The position numbers were made by a program, and so were the translations under genes. Of a DNA stretch of 64,000 nucleotides, positions 1-9,783 are shown in pieces. A model generated the notes under the pieces. That model was not told where the DNA came from. It saw only the letters and a list, made by a program, of their open reading frames with translations, and did no database searches. Every line of letters begins with the position of its first letter. The stretch's first letter is position 1. The DNA comes from Candidatus Bathyarchaeota archaeon. Lineage in GTDB: Archaea > Thermoproteota > Bathyarchaeia > JAPDIZ01. The stretch spans positions 147,710-211,709 of the forward strand of contig JAPDIZ010000003.1 in assembly GCA_029259355.1 (NCBI GenBank). Direction: 5' to 3'.

Positions 1-347
1 GTCAAAACCACACCCCTAACCTCAGGGTGCTCCTCGGCAAAGCGACACACGAAGTCAAGCCCAGCCACATTAACCTCATAAGCAAGCCTAGGCTCTTCAT
101 TTATACGAGGAATCTGAACAATAGCTGAGTATATCAAGAAAGAAGGCTCAAGCTCACGAAGCAACCCCTGGACATATGAATGATCCGTTACATCACAGAA
201 GACAAAATCGACGTTGTTCACCCGTTTCCTCGGAGGTTTGATGTCCAAAAGATAAACCGTATAGCCCCTTTCACCCAAATACCTACCAACCTCAGAACCA
301 ACAAACCCAGAGCCACCAACCACAGCGATCTTCGTCAAAACAACCAC
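1..347 (-). CDS. NAD-dependent epimerase/dehydratase (extended SDR), N-terminal part; the gene continues past the left edge
   Basis: Not in the ORF track because no stop lies in the window. Minus-strand translation from GTG 347..345 (or TTG 338..336) gives VVLTKIAVVGGSGFVGSEVGRYLGERGYTVYLLDIKPPRKRVNNVDFVFCDVTD... GGSGFVG is the GxxGxxG Rossmann motif typical of sugar-nucleotide epimerases/dehydratases. Confidence 0.75.
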   Translation of the reverse strand, partial: MVVLTKIAVVGGSGFVGSEVGRYLGERGYTVYLLDIKPPRKRVNNVDFVFCDVTDHSYVQGLLRELEPSFLIYSAIVQIPRINEEPRLAYEVNVAGLDFVCRFAEEHPEVRGVVL

Positions 348-1249
348 CTAGACACATAAGCCATTATTGGGAGACAGCTTAATCCACACTTCACGTTAAA
401 AATGTATTCCAAAACAAGGAAGAACAAGACATAAATTAAAGTTATTTTTGCATCGAAGAGCGTACACATAAAGCTTTATGTAGCTGAACGAGAGAATCAC
501 TCTAAAAAGTTTTTATGGTTGGTTATTGATGAATAGGGCAAAATTTTCGTCAGAAAAAGAAATCACCGAACTCCTCGATAGTATTGATGCCTTAATAAGG
601 AAAAGATACGGCATCACAACCAAAAACATCGTAGACAGAATAGAAACAACAAACCGCGAACTTATAGAAATTTCAAAAAATTGACACACTAGACAAGAAC
701 ATCAGCATACTCAATGAAAGAACCGTGATTATGCTACGTATACAGTATGCACTAATCGGCAGAACCATCAGAACACTAGTAGGCATCATCCTAATGCTAG
801 CGCAGCTCCTAGCACGTTAACAATTTTGAAGTCCATCTCATTCATTAAATAAGCACTTTCTACGCCGATTTTTCAACTAACTGCCAAAAATAGAAAACAT
901 ATACAACACCCATCAAACACAGGCTTAAAACCCAAAGCAGACCTATACATACTCCCAACAGACCAAACACCAGCCCCCTCGCAACAGTAGGAGCAAACAT
1001 AGTACTACGAAAAACACCAAAATGGAACACCTACAACACTCACAGAATGGATGGAATATTCCTATTCCACAACAATTCCCCGAAAAACGACAGATCACAG
1101 CTACTGCTCGCTAAAGACATAGCAAAAACAGTCTTTGACATTATTAGCGACTAATGGGCAGCATAGCTAATGATGGTAGTAAAGTGTTTTCCCAATCTTC
1201 ACATCGATTCACCGAGAAAACCTAGGAGAATTTCCAGAGAGAAAGAAAG

Positions 1250-1411
1250 GGTTTCGCCAAACAAACTGAATTTGATCGTGTTAAGTTCTTACCACATCAA
1301 TCCAGCATAGGAGGCTTAAGCGATAAACCGCATAACTCCCATCGCTCAAATACCTCCCAAATTCCCAAAACCAACAAACCCAGAACCACCAACCACAGCA
1401 ACCTCTGTCAA
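1250..1411 (-). pseudogene. Decayed relic of a second SDR epimerase 5' end
   Basis: DNA at 1340-1415 visibly parallels 270-345 (..caaatacct.c.aa..c..aaccaacaaacccaga.ccaccaaccacagc.a.ct..gtcaaaacaacc). Minus-strand translation from TTG 1411 gives LTEVAVVGGSGFVGFGNLGGI*. After a frame change it gives YLSDGSYAVYRL (compare YLGERGYTVYLL), then a stop, then IQFVWRN (compare VDFVFCD). Confidence 0.5.
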
Positions 1412-1603
1412 AACAACCCAACGACGCAATACGACTCAACCACGCTTATGAAAAGTATTTGCAGGAGGAGGACACGTCCTCACATTTTACATGGCACAAT
1501 CTACAATTTTTTAAATTAAAGCCGTAATAGAGTGATAGGCTAAGTAGAACAAAAGCAAACGAAACGACCGCGACCATTAAGTCGGAAACCACAGCCCAAG
1601 CGT

Positions 1604-2935
1604 GTGATTATGAAAAAGAAAAGAATTTCACCGTCCTCATTAGTAGTTGTGATAGCTCTTTTTTCCATAATCTTAGGCCTATATCGGCTAATTTTTCTTC
1701 AGAAGACAACATTACCTACGATTCGTCTACTTGAACTAGGCATATTTTCGTTAACTCTATACATATTGTATAAAATTAGAGATTTTTCAAAGATTTTCTA
1801 TAAGAAATTTATTATCTCCAAGAAATTTACTCTAATAGCTAGCATAATAATCGGTTATGTACATTGTGCGTATTGGGCGATAGTCTCGCCTCAGCCAACA
1901 AGCATCGACATACCAAGGTATTCACAATGGACACAAGAACTTGCAGCACACCTCTTTGATCCAATTTTTCTTAAGAGCTTCTTCACCAGCCACCTACTTG
2001 AACCGCTTCCACTCCTTCTCTTTGCAACACTATATAGGCTGGGGCTACCCTTTGAAGCCATCACAACAGTAGTCGTTCCATCTTTCATCGCCTCCTCCGT
2101 CTTTGTTTTTTACAAGCTATCTAAGGAGTTCGTTGATGAAAGAGAAGCTGTTATGGGAGCGCTGATTTTCGCTGTTTCCCCACTACACCTAAAGCTAGCT
2201 CTCGATGTACTCAGGCACACCATAGGATACTTTTTCGCGCTCATAACGCTGTACTTCGCTTGCACTGAGAAAAGAAGAATTCCTTGGAAAACAACCACCT
2301 TTTTGTTGTTGACCGCATTATCTCACGCTGTCCCAGCAGTAACGCTAATTCTAACAGCGATAACCTTTGCAATTATTACGTGGAAAAAGTGGGAGCCTCT
2401 AAAAAGAAGCGAGCAAGAAATTGTTCGCAACAATCTCCTAAAAACAATCGCAATATACTTCGTCTGCGCTCCAATAATAGCTCCCTACACCTATTGGCCT
2501 CTATGGATAGAGATGCGATATTACAAAAAGCTACATTCTTATCTAGAAAAACCCCTACTACTGATGCATCCAGAGGCATTTCATCTCCGTCTATTGACAA
2601 CGACTTGGCTATTTGAATGGTGCTTCTCCATAGCTGTCGTTGGTTTCTTAGGCTTCTACACCGCTTTGAAAAACAAAGAGCTAGAACCTCTACCAACTTC
2701 ACTACTGCTATCAGTGCTTACAACGATTTTATTTGCGCTGCTCTTCCCCTTCTTCCTGTGGAATCAGCCAGATAGATGGGGGCTTATGATAGACATTCCG
2801 CTAACATTCTTCACAATCTACTATATCTCTAATCGATTTAACGACTCAGCTATGAAAGCAGTTTTGATCGTCATGATTTGGACGCTGATAGATTCGATAT
2901 CATATGTTTTTGCTTATGTATTACCAAAGACATAA
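1604..2935 (+). CDS. Polytopic membrane protein, family D (paralog of 13441..14808); function unknown
   Basis: 443-aa ORF whose likely real start is ATG 1610 (MKKKRISP). It has many hydrophobic segments. It shares RLALDVLRHTIGYFFAL / RLVLDLYRQVIAYFFAL and QPDRWGLMIDIP / EPDRWGLTLDIP with the ORF at 13441. T-rich stretches follow the stop. Confidence 0.8.
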   Translation: MIMKKKRISPSSLVVVIALFSIILGLYRLIFLQKTTLPTIRLLELGIFSLTLYILYKIRDFSKIFYKKFIISKKFTLIASIIIGYVHCAYWAIVSPQPTSIDIPRYSQWTQELAAHLFDPIFLKSFFTSHLLEPLPLLLFATLYRLGLPFEAITTVVVPSFIASSVFVFYKLSKEFVDEREAVMGALIFAVSPLHLKLALDVLRHTIGYFFALITLYFACTEKRRIPWKTTTFLLLTALSHAVPAVTLILTAITFAIITWKKWEPLKRSEQEIVRNNLLKTIAIYFVCAPIIAPYTYWPLWIEMRYYKKLHSYLEKPLLLMHPEAFHLRLLTTTWLFEWCFSIAVVGFLGFYTALKNKELEPLPTSLLLSVLTTILFALLFPFFLWNQPDRWGLMIDIPLTFFTIYYISNRFNDSAMKAVLIVMIWTLIDSISYVFAYVLPKT

Positions 2936-3119
2936 GTTTTTGATCGTTTTTAATCGACGACACTACAATTTACAAAAACTTTTCTCCAAATAGGATCAGC
3001 AACTAAACCAGTTAAAGAGAGTTGCTAGCAAATTTGATAAAGCCCTCAACTTCCAAAACTACCATAGTTGAGGTGAAGCAGCCTCGAAAGCGAAAACAAC
3101 TGTAAGCATCATAGTTCCT

Positions 3120-3812
3120 ATGTACAATGAAGAGGAGAACGTAGATATTGTTGTAACTCAACTAATGAATGTTCTCAACTCTTGTGAATTGATTAGCGAA
3201 TGGGAGTTAATAGTTGTAGATGATGGAAGTGTTGACAACACACTTCAAGCTGTGAAAAAGTATGCAAAAGAAGAAGCTCGAATAAGAGTCTTCAGACATT
3301 TCACTAACCTTGGGCTGGGTAAAGCATTAGAAACAGGTTTTAAACAAGCTTCGAAGGAGATAGTAGTTACAATAGATGCGGATTTATCGTATGATCCCAA
3401 AGACATCCCAAAGCTGATTCTTCCTCTGATCCAAGAACCCTATGTAGACATCGTAGTTGGTTCGCCCTATCTAGGAAGAGGTTTGGTTAAAAACGTGCAA
3501 ACATACAGAATAATCCTCAGCAAATTCGTTAACTATTTATATAGGTGGATCACTAGATCATCGCTAACCTGCTATACAAGCATCTTCAGAGCTTATAGAG
3601 CGAACGTCGTTAAAGATTTGAGAATAAAGTCTCGAAGATTTGAGGCACAACCCGAAATTCTCCTTAAGCTAATCCAAAGGGGTTGTAAAGTTAAAGAAAT
3701 TCCTGTTGTCCTAAGGAGTAGGGAAAAAGGAAGGTCGAAAGTAGTATTACCACGTGAGGTAGCTCTACATATCAAGTTATTGGTAGCATTTATCACCAAA
3801 AAAATTAGATGA
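3120..3812 (+). CDS. GT2 glycosyltransferase, dolichyl/polyprenyl-phosphate sugar synthase-like (DPM1/GtrB-like); the 5' end is probably frameshifted
   Basis: Motifs seen: PMYNEEENV, VVDDGSVDNT, TIDADLSYDP. The reading frame stays open upstream to 3072 and encodes KTTVSIIVP, the normal first beta-strand of GT2, but has no ATG/GTG/TTG there. A GTG at 3073 in another frame reads MKQPRKRK. A 1-nt indel around the A-run 3093-3096 would join the two. Confidence 0.85.
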   Translation: MYNEEENVDIVVTQLMNVLNSCELISEWELIVVDDGSVDNTLQAVKKYAKEEARIRVFRHFTNLGLGKALETGFKQASKEIVVTIDADLSYDPKDIPKLILPLIQEPYVDIVVGSPYLGRGLVKNVQTYRIILSKFVNYLYRWITRSSLTCYTSIFRAYRANVVKDLRIKSRRFEAQPEILLKLIQRGCKVKEIPVVLRSREKGRSKVVLPREVALHIKLLVAFITKKIR

Positions 3813-3843
3813 AAAATTTTTTGAGAGAAACGTTGGTAGTAAC

Positions 3844-5184
3844 TTGGTCTCATCCATGAAGGTGTGTGTGGTAACTGGAACAAGACCAGAGATTATCAAA
3901 CTATCCTCGATAGTTTCTAAGCTATCCAAGCGTAATGACATCGATTTCGAATTCTTACACACTGGTCAACACTATGACTGGGAGATGTGGGAGGTTTTCA
4001 TCGACGAATTAAAGCTGCCTAAACCACATCAGTTCTTGGGGGTGAAGTCAGGTACACATGGCAAGCAGTTAGCCAAAGTTATTCAAAGAGTTGAAAGCGT
4101 CCTAAGAGCTTCAAAACCAGATATTGTCGTTGTTGAGGGAGATACGAATTCAGCTCTTGGAGCTGCACTAGCTGCGCAAAAGCTGGGGATTTCTGTAGCA
4201 CACGTTGAGGCAGGGTGTAGATCTCATGACTTTTCAATGCCAGAAGAAATCAACAGAAGATTGATTTCACAATGTGCTACGCTAAATTTTTGCCCTACCA
4301 AAAACACTGCGGTAAACCTTCTCGCAGAAGGTATTTTGCCAGATCAAATTTTCCTTACTGGACACCCCTTAGTTGACGTTTTATATAAAAGCTTAGATGC
4401 AGCTAGCAAAAGCGATGTTTTGGAAAGATTGAGCGTTTCTCCACGCGAATACCTCTGCTTAACGATTCATCGCGCAGAAAACGTAGAAAACTTTGAGAAA
4501 ATGCTGAACATCTTCAAGGCATTAAAAGAAATTGGTAAAGAAATCGTCTTTCCAATCCACCCAAGGACAAGAAAATCTCTTAAAAAATTCGGCTTATGGC
4601 CACCTCCCAAGAACGTTAAAGCAACACCACCTCTGAGCTACTTTGACATGATTAAGCTTGTGAAAAACGCTGAATACGTACTTACGGATTCTGGCGGAAT
4701 TCAGCAAGAGTCATTTCTTCTAGAAGTACCCTGCATAACGTTGAGGGAGAATACGGAATGGGTAGAAACTGTAATTCTTGGAGGAAATTTCTTAACAGGA
4801 ACATCCTATGATAGAATTCTACTAGCTGTGAAAAAAGTAGAGGAAAACCTCAGAGAAATCAGAGCTACTATAGGTAAGCATAAGAAAGTGTTTGGAGAAA
4901 AAGGCGTTACAGACAAAATTCTGCAAATTCTTTTGGACATCGACCTTATACAGAAGGTAAAAACCAAGGGTTTCAGAAGAAAACTCAGTAAAATGTCTGA
5001 ATTTGGACTGCCAGAGTTAGTTGCAAAAAAAGCAGAAGACATCACAAGCGAAAACAAGGACGCCATTATTCAGCTGGTGTTCGATCCCGATGGCCGTCCA
5101 CATCTTTTGAAGAAGAGATCTACAGTCAAGAAAGGATCGACTCTAATCCTATACAGATTTCGTCAACTAAGCTATAACCACTGA
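3844..5184 (+). CDS. wecB: UDP-N-acetylglucosamine (or derivative) 2-epimerase, WecB/WbpI-like, with an extra C-terminal tail of about 80 aa
   Basis: MKVCVVTGTRPEIIKLSSIV, HTGQHYD, PDIVVVEGDTNSALGAALAA, HVEAGCRS, PEEINRR and DSGGIQQE are the classic epimerase_2 motifs. The likely start is ATG 3856. Confidence 0.88.
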   Translation: MVSSMKVCVVTGTRPEIIKLSSIVSKLSKRNDIDFEFLHTGQHYDWEMWEVFIDELKLPKPHQFLGVKSGTHGKQLAKVIQRVESVLRASKPDIVVVEGDTNSALGAALAAQKLGISVAHVEAGCRSHDFSMPEEINRRLISQCATLNFCPTKNTAVNLLAEGILPDQIFLTGHPLVDVLYKSLDAASKSDVLERLSVSPREYLCLTIHRAENVENFEKMLNIFKALKEIGKEIVFPIHPRTRKSLKKFGLWPPPKNVKATPPLSYFDMIKLVKNAEYVLTDSGGIQQESFLLEVPCITLRENTEWVETVILGGNFLTGTSYDRILLAVKKVEENLREIRATIGKHKKVFGEKGVTDKILQILLDIDLIQKVKTKGFRRKLSKMSEFGLPELVAKKAEDITSENKDAIIQLVFDPDGRPHLLKKRSTVKKGSTLILYRFRQLSYNH

Positions 5185-5206
5185 GTCACAGCCGAGGGAG
5201 GCAGAA

Positions 5207-6196
5207 ATGGAAAAAATAAACGCTGCAGTCGTAGGCTTAGGCAGAATGGGTAAGAACCACGCAAGAGTACTCTCCACAATATCCTCCGTAAAACTCTTTG
5301 GAGTATGCGATGTTGATGAGTCAGTAGCAAAAAACGTAGCGAAGAAATATCGAACGAGTTATTACTTAGACTACAAAGAATTAGCGGAAGAAAGAGAGTT
5401 AGATGTGGTAATCATCGCCACACCAACTTCATTACACAAAACAGTAGCTTGTGAATTTATTAAGAACAACAAACATGTTTTAGTAGAAAAACCTATTGCA
5501 ACAAACGTAAGAGATGCGCAAGAGATTGTGAGATTAGCTGAGGTAAAAAATGTAAAGCTGATGGTTGGTCATGTAGAGCGGTTTAACCCAGCAGTAAATC
5601 GTCTAAAAGAAGTAATAGATCGAGGAGACATAGGAGATATAATTTCGATACAAGCAAAGAGAATAGGTCCACATCCTCCCCGCAATATAGACGTAGGCGT
5701 AACGATAGACCTAGCAATACATGACATCGACATCATTGCTAACTATATTTTGGAGAGGAGAAAAATTAGAAGAATTTACGCTGTAACAAGATCAGTTTTT
5801 TCAGAATATAGCGACATCGTACACGCTTTAATCAAATTCGAGGGAGATGTAATAGCCAGCCTTACCGCTAACTGGCTCACACCCACAAAAATTCGCAAGC
5901 TTGAAGCTATAGGTGATAAAGGTTTCATCAATCTAGATTACATATCGCAAAATATCCAGCTCCTTAGAAAATATGAAGAAGTCCACCAAGATGTTTATTT
6001 AGAGTCAGAGAACATCTTTGTAAAAAAAGAGGAGCCATTAAAAAGAGAATTAGTTCATTTCATAAACACCATCATCCACGATGAACAACCCCCACTTACT
6101 GGCCAAGATGCGGTTAATGCACTAAAAATTGCTGAAGAGATAGAGAAAATCTCAAAGAGTGAATTAGTTGGCGTACGTTATGAAGAGCTTGGCTAG
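5207..6196 (+). CDS. Gfo/Idh/MocA-family NAD-dependent sugar oxidoreductase (WbpB / UDP-GlcNAc 3-dehydrogenase-like)
   Basis: N-terminal Rossmann segment INAAVVGLGRMGKNHARVL and the VLVEKPIA (EKP) motif. It is a paralog of 39607..40602; both contain GVCDVDE. Its 3' end overlaps the convergent gene at 6164 by 33 nt. Confidence 0.85.
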   Translation: MEKINAAVVGLGRMGKNHARVLSTISSVKLFGVCDVDESVAKNVAKKYRTSYYLDYKELAEERELDVVIIATPTSLHKTVACEFIKNNKHVLVEKPIATNVRDAQEIVRLAEVKNVKLMVGHVERFNPAVNRLKEVIDRGDIGDIISIQAKRIGPHPPRNIDVGVTIDLAIHDIDIIANYILERRKIRRIYAVTRSVFSEYSDIVHALIKFEGDVIASLTANWLTPTKIRKLEAIGDKGFINLDYISQNIQLLRKYEEVHQDVYLESENIFVKKEEPLKRELVHFINTIIHDEQPPLTGQDAVNALKIAEEIEKISKSELVGVRYEELG

Positions 6197-7465
6197 TAAG
6201 GTTTCTGACCGCTTCTCTTCGACCATAAACACAAGTTTTGAAATAGCTCCAAATTTGTCCCAACACATTTTCTGATAAAGAGTTATGGGTATATAGAAAG
6301 CTTTTCTGCTAAAAGAGTAAAATAGTGGTGGACCATATAAGTTTGTGTTGACCAATATGAAAGCAATAAATAGCCCTGAAATTATTAAATACACCTGTTC
6401 TTTATTGCCTAGCCTATACCTTATAGCGTCTAAGATACGCCACAACCCGTAAGAAGCAGCGATTATGAGTAAAGGAGTATAGTGTATTGAATAATGATCA
6501 TATACTCGGAAGGGATAGATAAATACATAAATTGATAAGAGAAAGAAGAACCATAAAGGTATCAACAACTTTTTACATTTGATGAGGAGAAATAAGCCAA
6601 ATACGGCCAGAAGAGTGACAAAAAGGCCTAAGGCGAAAAGTATCCAGTAGATGTAGTAGGTGTGGAAGAACAAATACCGCTTATGCGCAGAACCTGTAGC
6701 ATAGAGATACTTATGAACTTTTAACAAAAAAGGTAGGATAGGATTGCCGAGTTTCAGAGCACATATCGCCATAAATGGAGTAGAAACAACGACAGTTGAA
6801 AAGATGATGCATAGAATATCCCTTAGAAGAGTTTTGTGAGGTATTTGTCTAAGACGTACTATGATGAAGTATACCAAAAATGGAAGGAGTATGTAGAGAG
6901 AAACTTCCTTTGTCCACAAAGCAAGTCCTGCTACTACACCAGAGAATACTAAATAACGAAGACGAGGCTCTCGAAGGTATAAGCTGAGCAACCCAGCTGC
7001 TACCAAAGCTAAACCTACAGCCATCACATCGTTGAGTAGTCTATGAGCATACCACCCAATGTGCCAATTCCACCCAACTATTAGCGTAGCTATATACGCA
7101 GTTCTTTTGTCAAGCACTTCCCTTGCTAACAAATACACCCCCAACATCAGAAAACCGATTTGAGCAACCCCCCATGTAAACAAGATATAGAGGAATGTTG
7201 GAAAACCAAAGAGCTTAAAGGAATAACCGATGAAAAGAGGCAAAAGCAGGGGTTTATCCTTTGCAACCAAAGTACCTACGAACTCTTCAGGAGAAACATT
7301 TTCAACTAAATATATCCCAAGTGAAATAACCCATTCCTCGTCGGGGCAGCTACCGAGTGGAAAACCACCAAAGAGAAAACCAAGTATTACGTGATAAAAC
7401 AAGGTAATGAAAAAAGCCAGTCTAAATAAAGTAATAGACTTCAGCCTTAGTCCCCTATACGTCAA
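6164..7465 (-). CDS. Polytopic membrane protein, family C copy 1; GT-C (ArnT/PMT_2-like) glycosyltransferase candidate
   Basis: 433 aa with a TTG start. An acidic motif, CPDEEW, lies in the first loop. Also present are LFGFPTFLY, VGWNWHIGWYAHRLLNDVM and LWTKE. All are shared with 24324..25616 and 53867..55138. Confidence 0.8.
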   Translation of the reverse strand: MTYRGLRLKSITLFRLAFFITLFYHVILGFLFGGFPLGSCPDEEWVISLGIYLVENVSPEEFVGTLVAKDKPLLLPLFIGYSFKLFGFPTFLYILFTWGVAQIGFLMLGVYLLAREVLDKRTAYIATLIVGWNWHIGWYAHRLLNDVMAVGLALVAAGLLSLYLREPRLRYLVFSGVVAGLALWTKEVSLYILLPFLVYFIIVRLRQIPHKTLLRDILCIIFSTVVVSTPFMAICALKLGNPILPFLLKVHKYLYATGSAHKRYLFFHTYYIYWILFALGLFVTLLAVFGLFLLIKCKKLLIPLWFFFLLSIYVFIYPFRVYDHYSIHYTPLLIIAASYGLWRILDAIRYRLGNKEQVYLIISGLFIAFILVNTNLYGPPLFYSFSRKAFYIPITLYQKMCWDKFGAISKLVFMVEEKRSETLLAKLFITYAN

Positions 7466-8052
7466 GGGGATTTAAGACCCTCCATATAGAGCCATACATT
7501 CCCAAAACAACCTCACTACAGAGCTAATTTCCAGAAGAAGGAGTTTATCCATAAAATCGTTGCGTCCTCACAAATCTCGTTCTTAAAAATCTAGAAGAAA
7601 AATTGCTGAGAGAAGAAAGAACAAAAAGCAGTCAAGAAAACTCAGCTAAACCGCTTATGACTTTAGTGTTAAGTAAACCTGCTTCTACCACCCACTACCT
7701 AAACAGTCGCTATTATTTCACACCCAAAGCAGTTTTTAAGACATAATCTTCTCACACAGAAAAAAATAGTTCGGCTATATTCTCCTTGTTTGTTAGCTCA
7801 CACATCAGATCTTTTAAATCGCTACGATATGCATCAATCGCCTTCTCAAACTTACACATAGGTTCTGAAACACACAAATCTAGATAGAGGAAAGCACAAC
7901 ATATCCTAGATCTAAAGCCATGTCGACTCCAAATCACTCCCATAGTAGATGTCTCCTTTAGTTGCTTTTTACACAATAAGTACTAGTTAGAGGAGCAATA
8001 TTTGGGAAAAAGACTCTAGTTTTATAAGACACAGCCATCAACTATTGCTACC

Positions 8053-9783
8053 CTAACCTAGGTTTTTAACAATCACTTCGAGGCCAAGCGGTGCCACTAC
8101 GTGTTCGATAGCAATTGCTGCAACACAGCTTCTTGCAGCTGCTTCAGACGCTGGGTTATAAAGAGAAAACAGCAGATGAGTGAAAATTATTGCAGAGATT
8201 AGGAGTAGCTTTAGGTTGTTTTCCTCTCTTACGAGAAAAGAGCCTACTATGGCTAGAGAAAAATTGATGACCCCTATAGGATACATAAACCAAGAAATCT
8301 GATGTATGAAATAGTGTGGAGCAAATCTTTTGAAGAAAAGTTGTGTATATCCCACATACGTAGTTGAATGGATAAACATAAAAACCAGAATAAATAGAAA
8401 TCCAATTAAGTAAGAAATTTTTCCGAAAATTTCTTTTGACCATACTCCATCAGCAATTGCTTTTACGGAAGGTAATGAGTAGATTAATATAGCCATAAAC
8501 AACGGGGTAATTGATGTTTCTTTGAAGAAAAAAGCCAACGTAAAGAACAAAGTCGATAAAAAGTAGTATCTATAAACTAAAAACAGTAAGCCTAGCAGCA
8601 GAGGCGCTACAGACCAATGCTCCATCATAAACCAGAAAAACCCCCTAGTGTAGAAGCTTAAGATATACAGTGCTGAGAGAACTCCCACGAAGGAATTGTT
8701 GCTAATTTTTCTAGCTATATAGAATGCGGCAATCACAGAACACGAGCTGATTAAAAAGTATTCTATCTTGATACAAAAAACTGTTTTGCAGAGAGCCCAC
8801 AGGTAAAATAGAATTGACCAATGTATCTGAGACTCCGCTACTGTTGGCCACACAATTTTCCATGCCTCATAAAGACCTATGCCTTCTTTCATACGAATCC
8901 AGATGCTGTAGTAAAGTCTGTCATCACACATGTAAAGATTAGGATCGTTAACAGGTTTCATTGTGAAGTTAAGAAAGAAAAGCCAAGAAATTACAAAAAA
9001 GACAGTTAAGTGATAGCATCGAAGTCTTAGCGTCTTACAGGAAACAAGGTGATTCTCGAGAAACTGATGAAATGACTGAGCAAGATTAGGCTTAATTATA
9101 AGCATTGGAAGAACAACATATGGAATCACGATAGTGGTGCATCTTAGATGATAAAACACTTTCAACATTGCAATAAGAAATATAGGCAATGTTCCTGAGA
9201 TTATTTTAATTAATGTAGATGAAATCAAACATATGGAAAGGACTATTAATGAGAATATAAATAAACGTCTGGCCACAACCCGCAAGTTGGTACTGCAAAA
9301 ATTTTTTACTTTATTTGCAACCAACAGCGTAATCCTTGCAATACCTACTTCCGGAAATACCACATAGACTAGTGTAGTTAGTAAAAAGAGATTAATAGTT
9401 GCAATGATCAAACCACGTAACTCAGTCTGAAAACAGCTGAGAAAATTAGTTGAGTATATATTGGGAAGAAAAAACAAAGTTACACCACTCGGATAACCAA
9501 AAGATGTTATAATTTTATTAATTTCGTCATAAAGATAGGTAGGTGTTGTTGCTATTGCTAGCAGAATCAAAACATAAACTAAAAAAATCGTTCTGAATGC
9601 AAGATACACTGGTGCTTTTTGTACAAGAAGTCGATAAAGCGTTAAGCTGAACAGCATCAGAATACTAACAGCCCAAAAGGGTGTAAATAGGAGGAAGTAA
9701 CTAACAAAAATGGCCGCTATCGTCATAATTTCTTTTCCTTTGTCTCCAATAATTGCGTTTTCGAAGATGACTTTATTTAGCAA
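8053..9783 (-). CDS. Polytopic membrane protein, family A copy 1; function unknown
   Basis: 576 aa, hydrophobic throughout. The conserved C-terminal half carries NDPNLYMCDDRLYY, EGIGLYEAW, CKTVFCIKIEYF, TRGFFWFMMEHW, FFFKETS, FAPHYFIHQISWFMYPIGVINFSLA and SEAAARS. These are shared with 28374, 52100, 59463 and 61269. Confidence 0.85.
   Translation of the reverse strand: MLNKVIFENAIIGDKGKEIMTIAAIFVSYFLLFTPFWAVSILMLFSLTLYRLLVQKAPVYLAFRTIFLVYVLILLAIATTPTYLYDEINKIITSFGYPSGVTLFFLPNIYSTNFLSCFQTELRGLIIATINLFLLTTLVYVVFPEVGIARITLLVANKVKNFCSTNLRVVARRLFIFSLIVLSICLISSTLIKIISGTLPIFLIAMLKVFYHLRCTTIVIPYVVLPMLIIKPNLAQSFHQFLENHLVSCKTLRLRCYHLTVFFVISWLFFLNFTMKPVNDPNLYMCDDRLYYSIWIRMKEGIGLYEAWKIVWPTVAESQIHWSILFYLWALCKTVFCIKIEYFLISSCSVIAAFYIARKISNNSFVGVLSALYILSFYTRGFFWFMMEHWSVAPLLLGLLFLVYRYYFLSTLFFTLAFFFKETSITPLFMAILIYSLPSVKAIADGVWSKEIFGKISYLIGFLFILVFMFIHSTTYVGYTQLFFKRFAPHYFIHQISWFMYPIGVINFSLAIVGSFLVREENNLKLLLISAIIFTHLLFSLYNPASEAAARSCVAAIAIEHVVAPLGLEVIVKNLG

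Noticed and set aside
7752-7976. A 74-aa Cys-rich ORF on the minus strand lies between family C copy 1 and family A copy 1.
   Set aside because: It has no recognisable motif, no obvious start context and no paralog in the window. I cannot distinguish it from a chance ORF.
8049-8062. The recurrent short motif ccctaacct / cctaacctaa occurs near 13, 8052, 9954, 10527 and 27734. It resembles a telomere-like CCCTAA unit.
   Set aside because: There are only single units, never tandem. The positions are heterogeneous: inside coding sequence, at a stop codon, and in spacers. This is consistent with chance in A/C-rich sequence.
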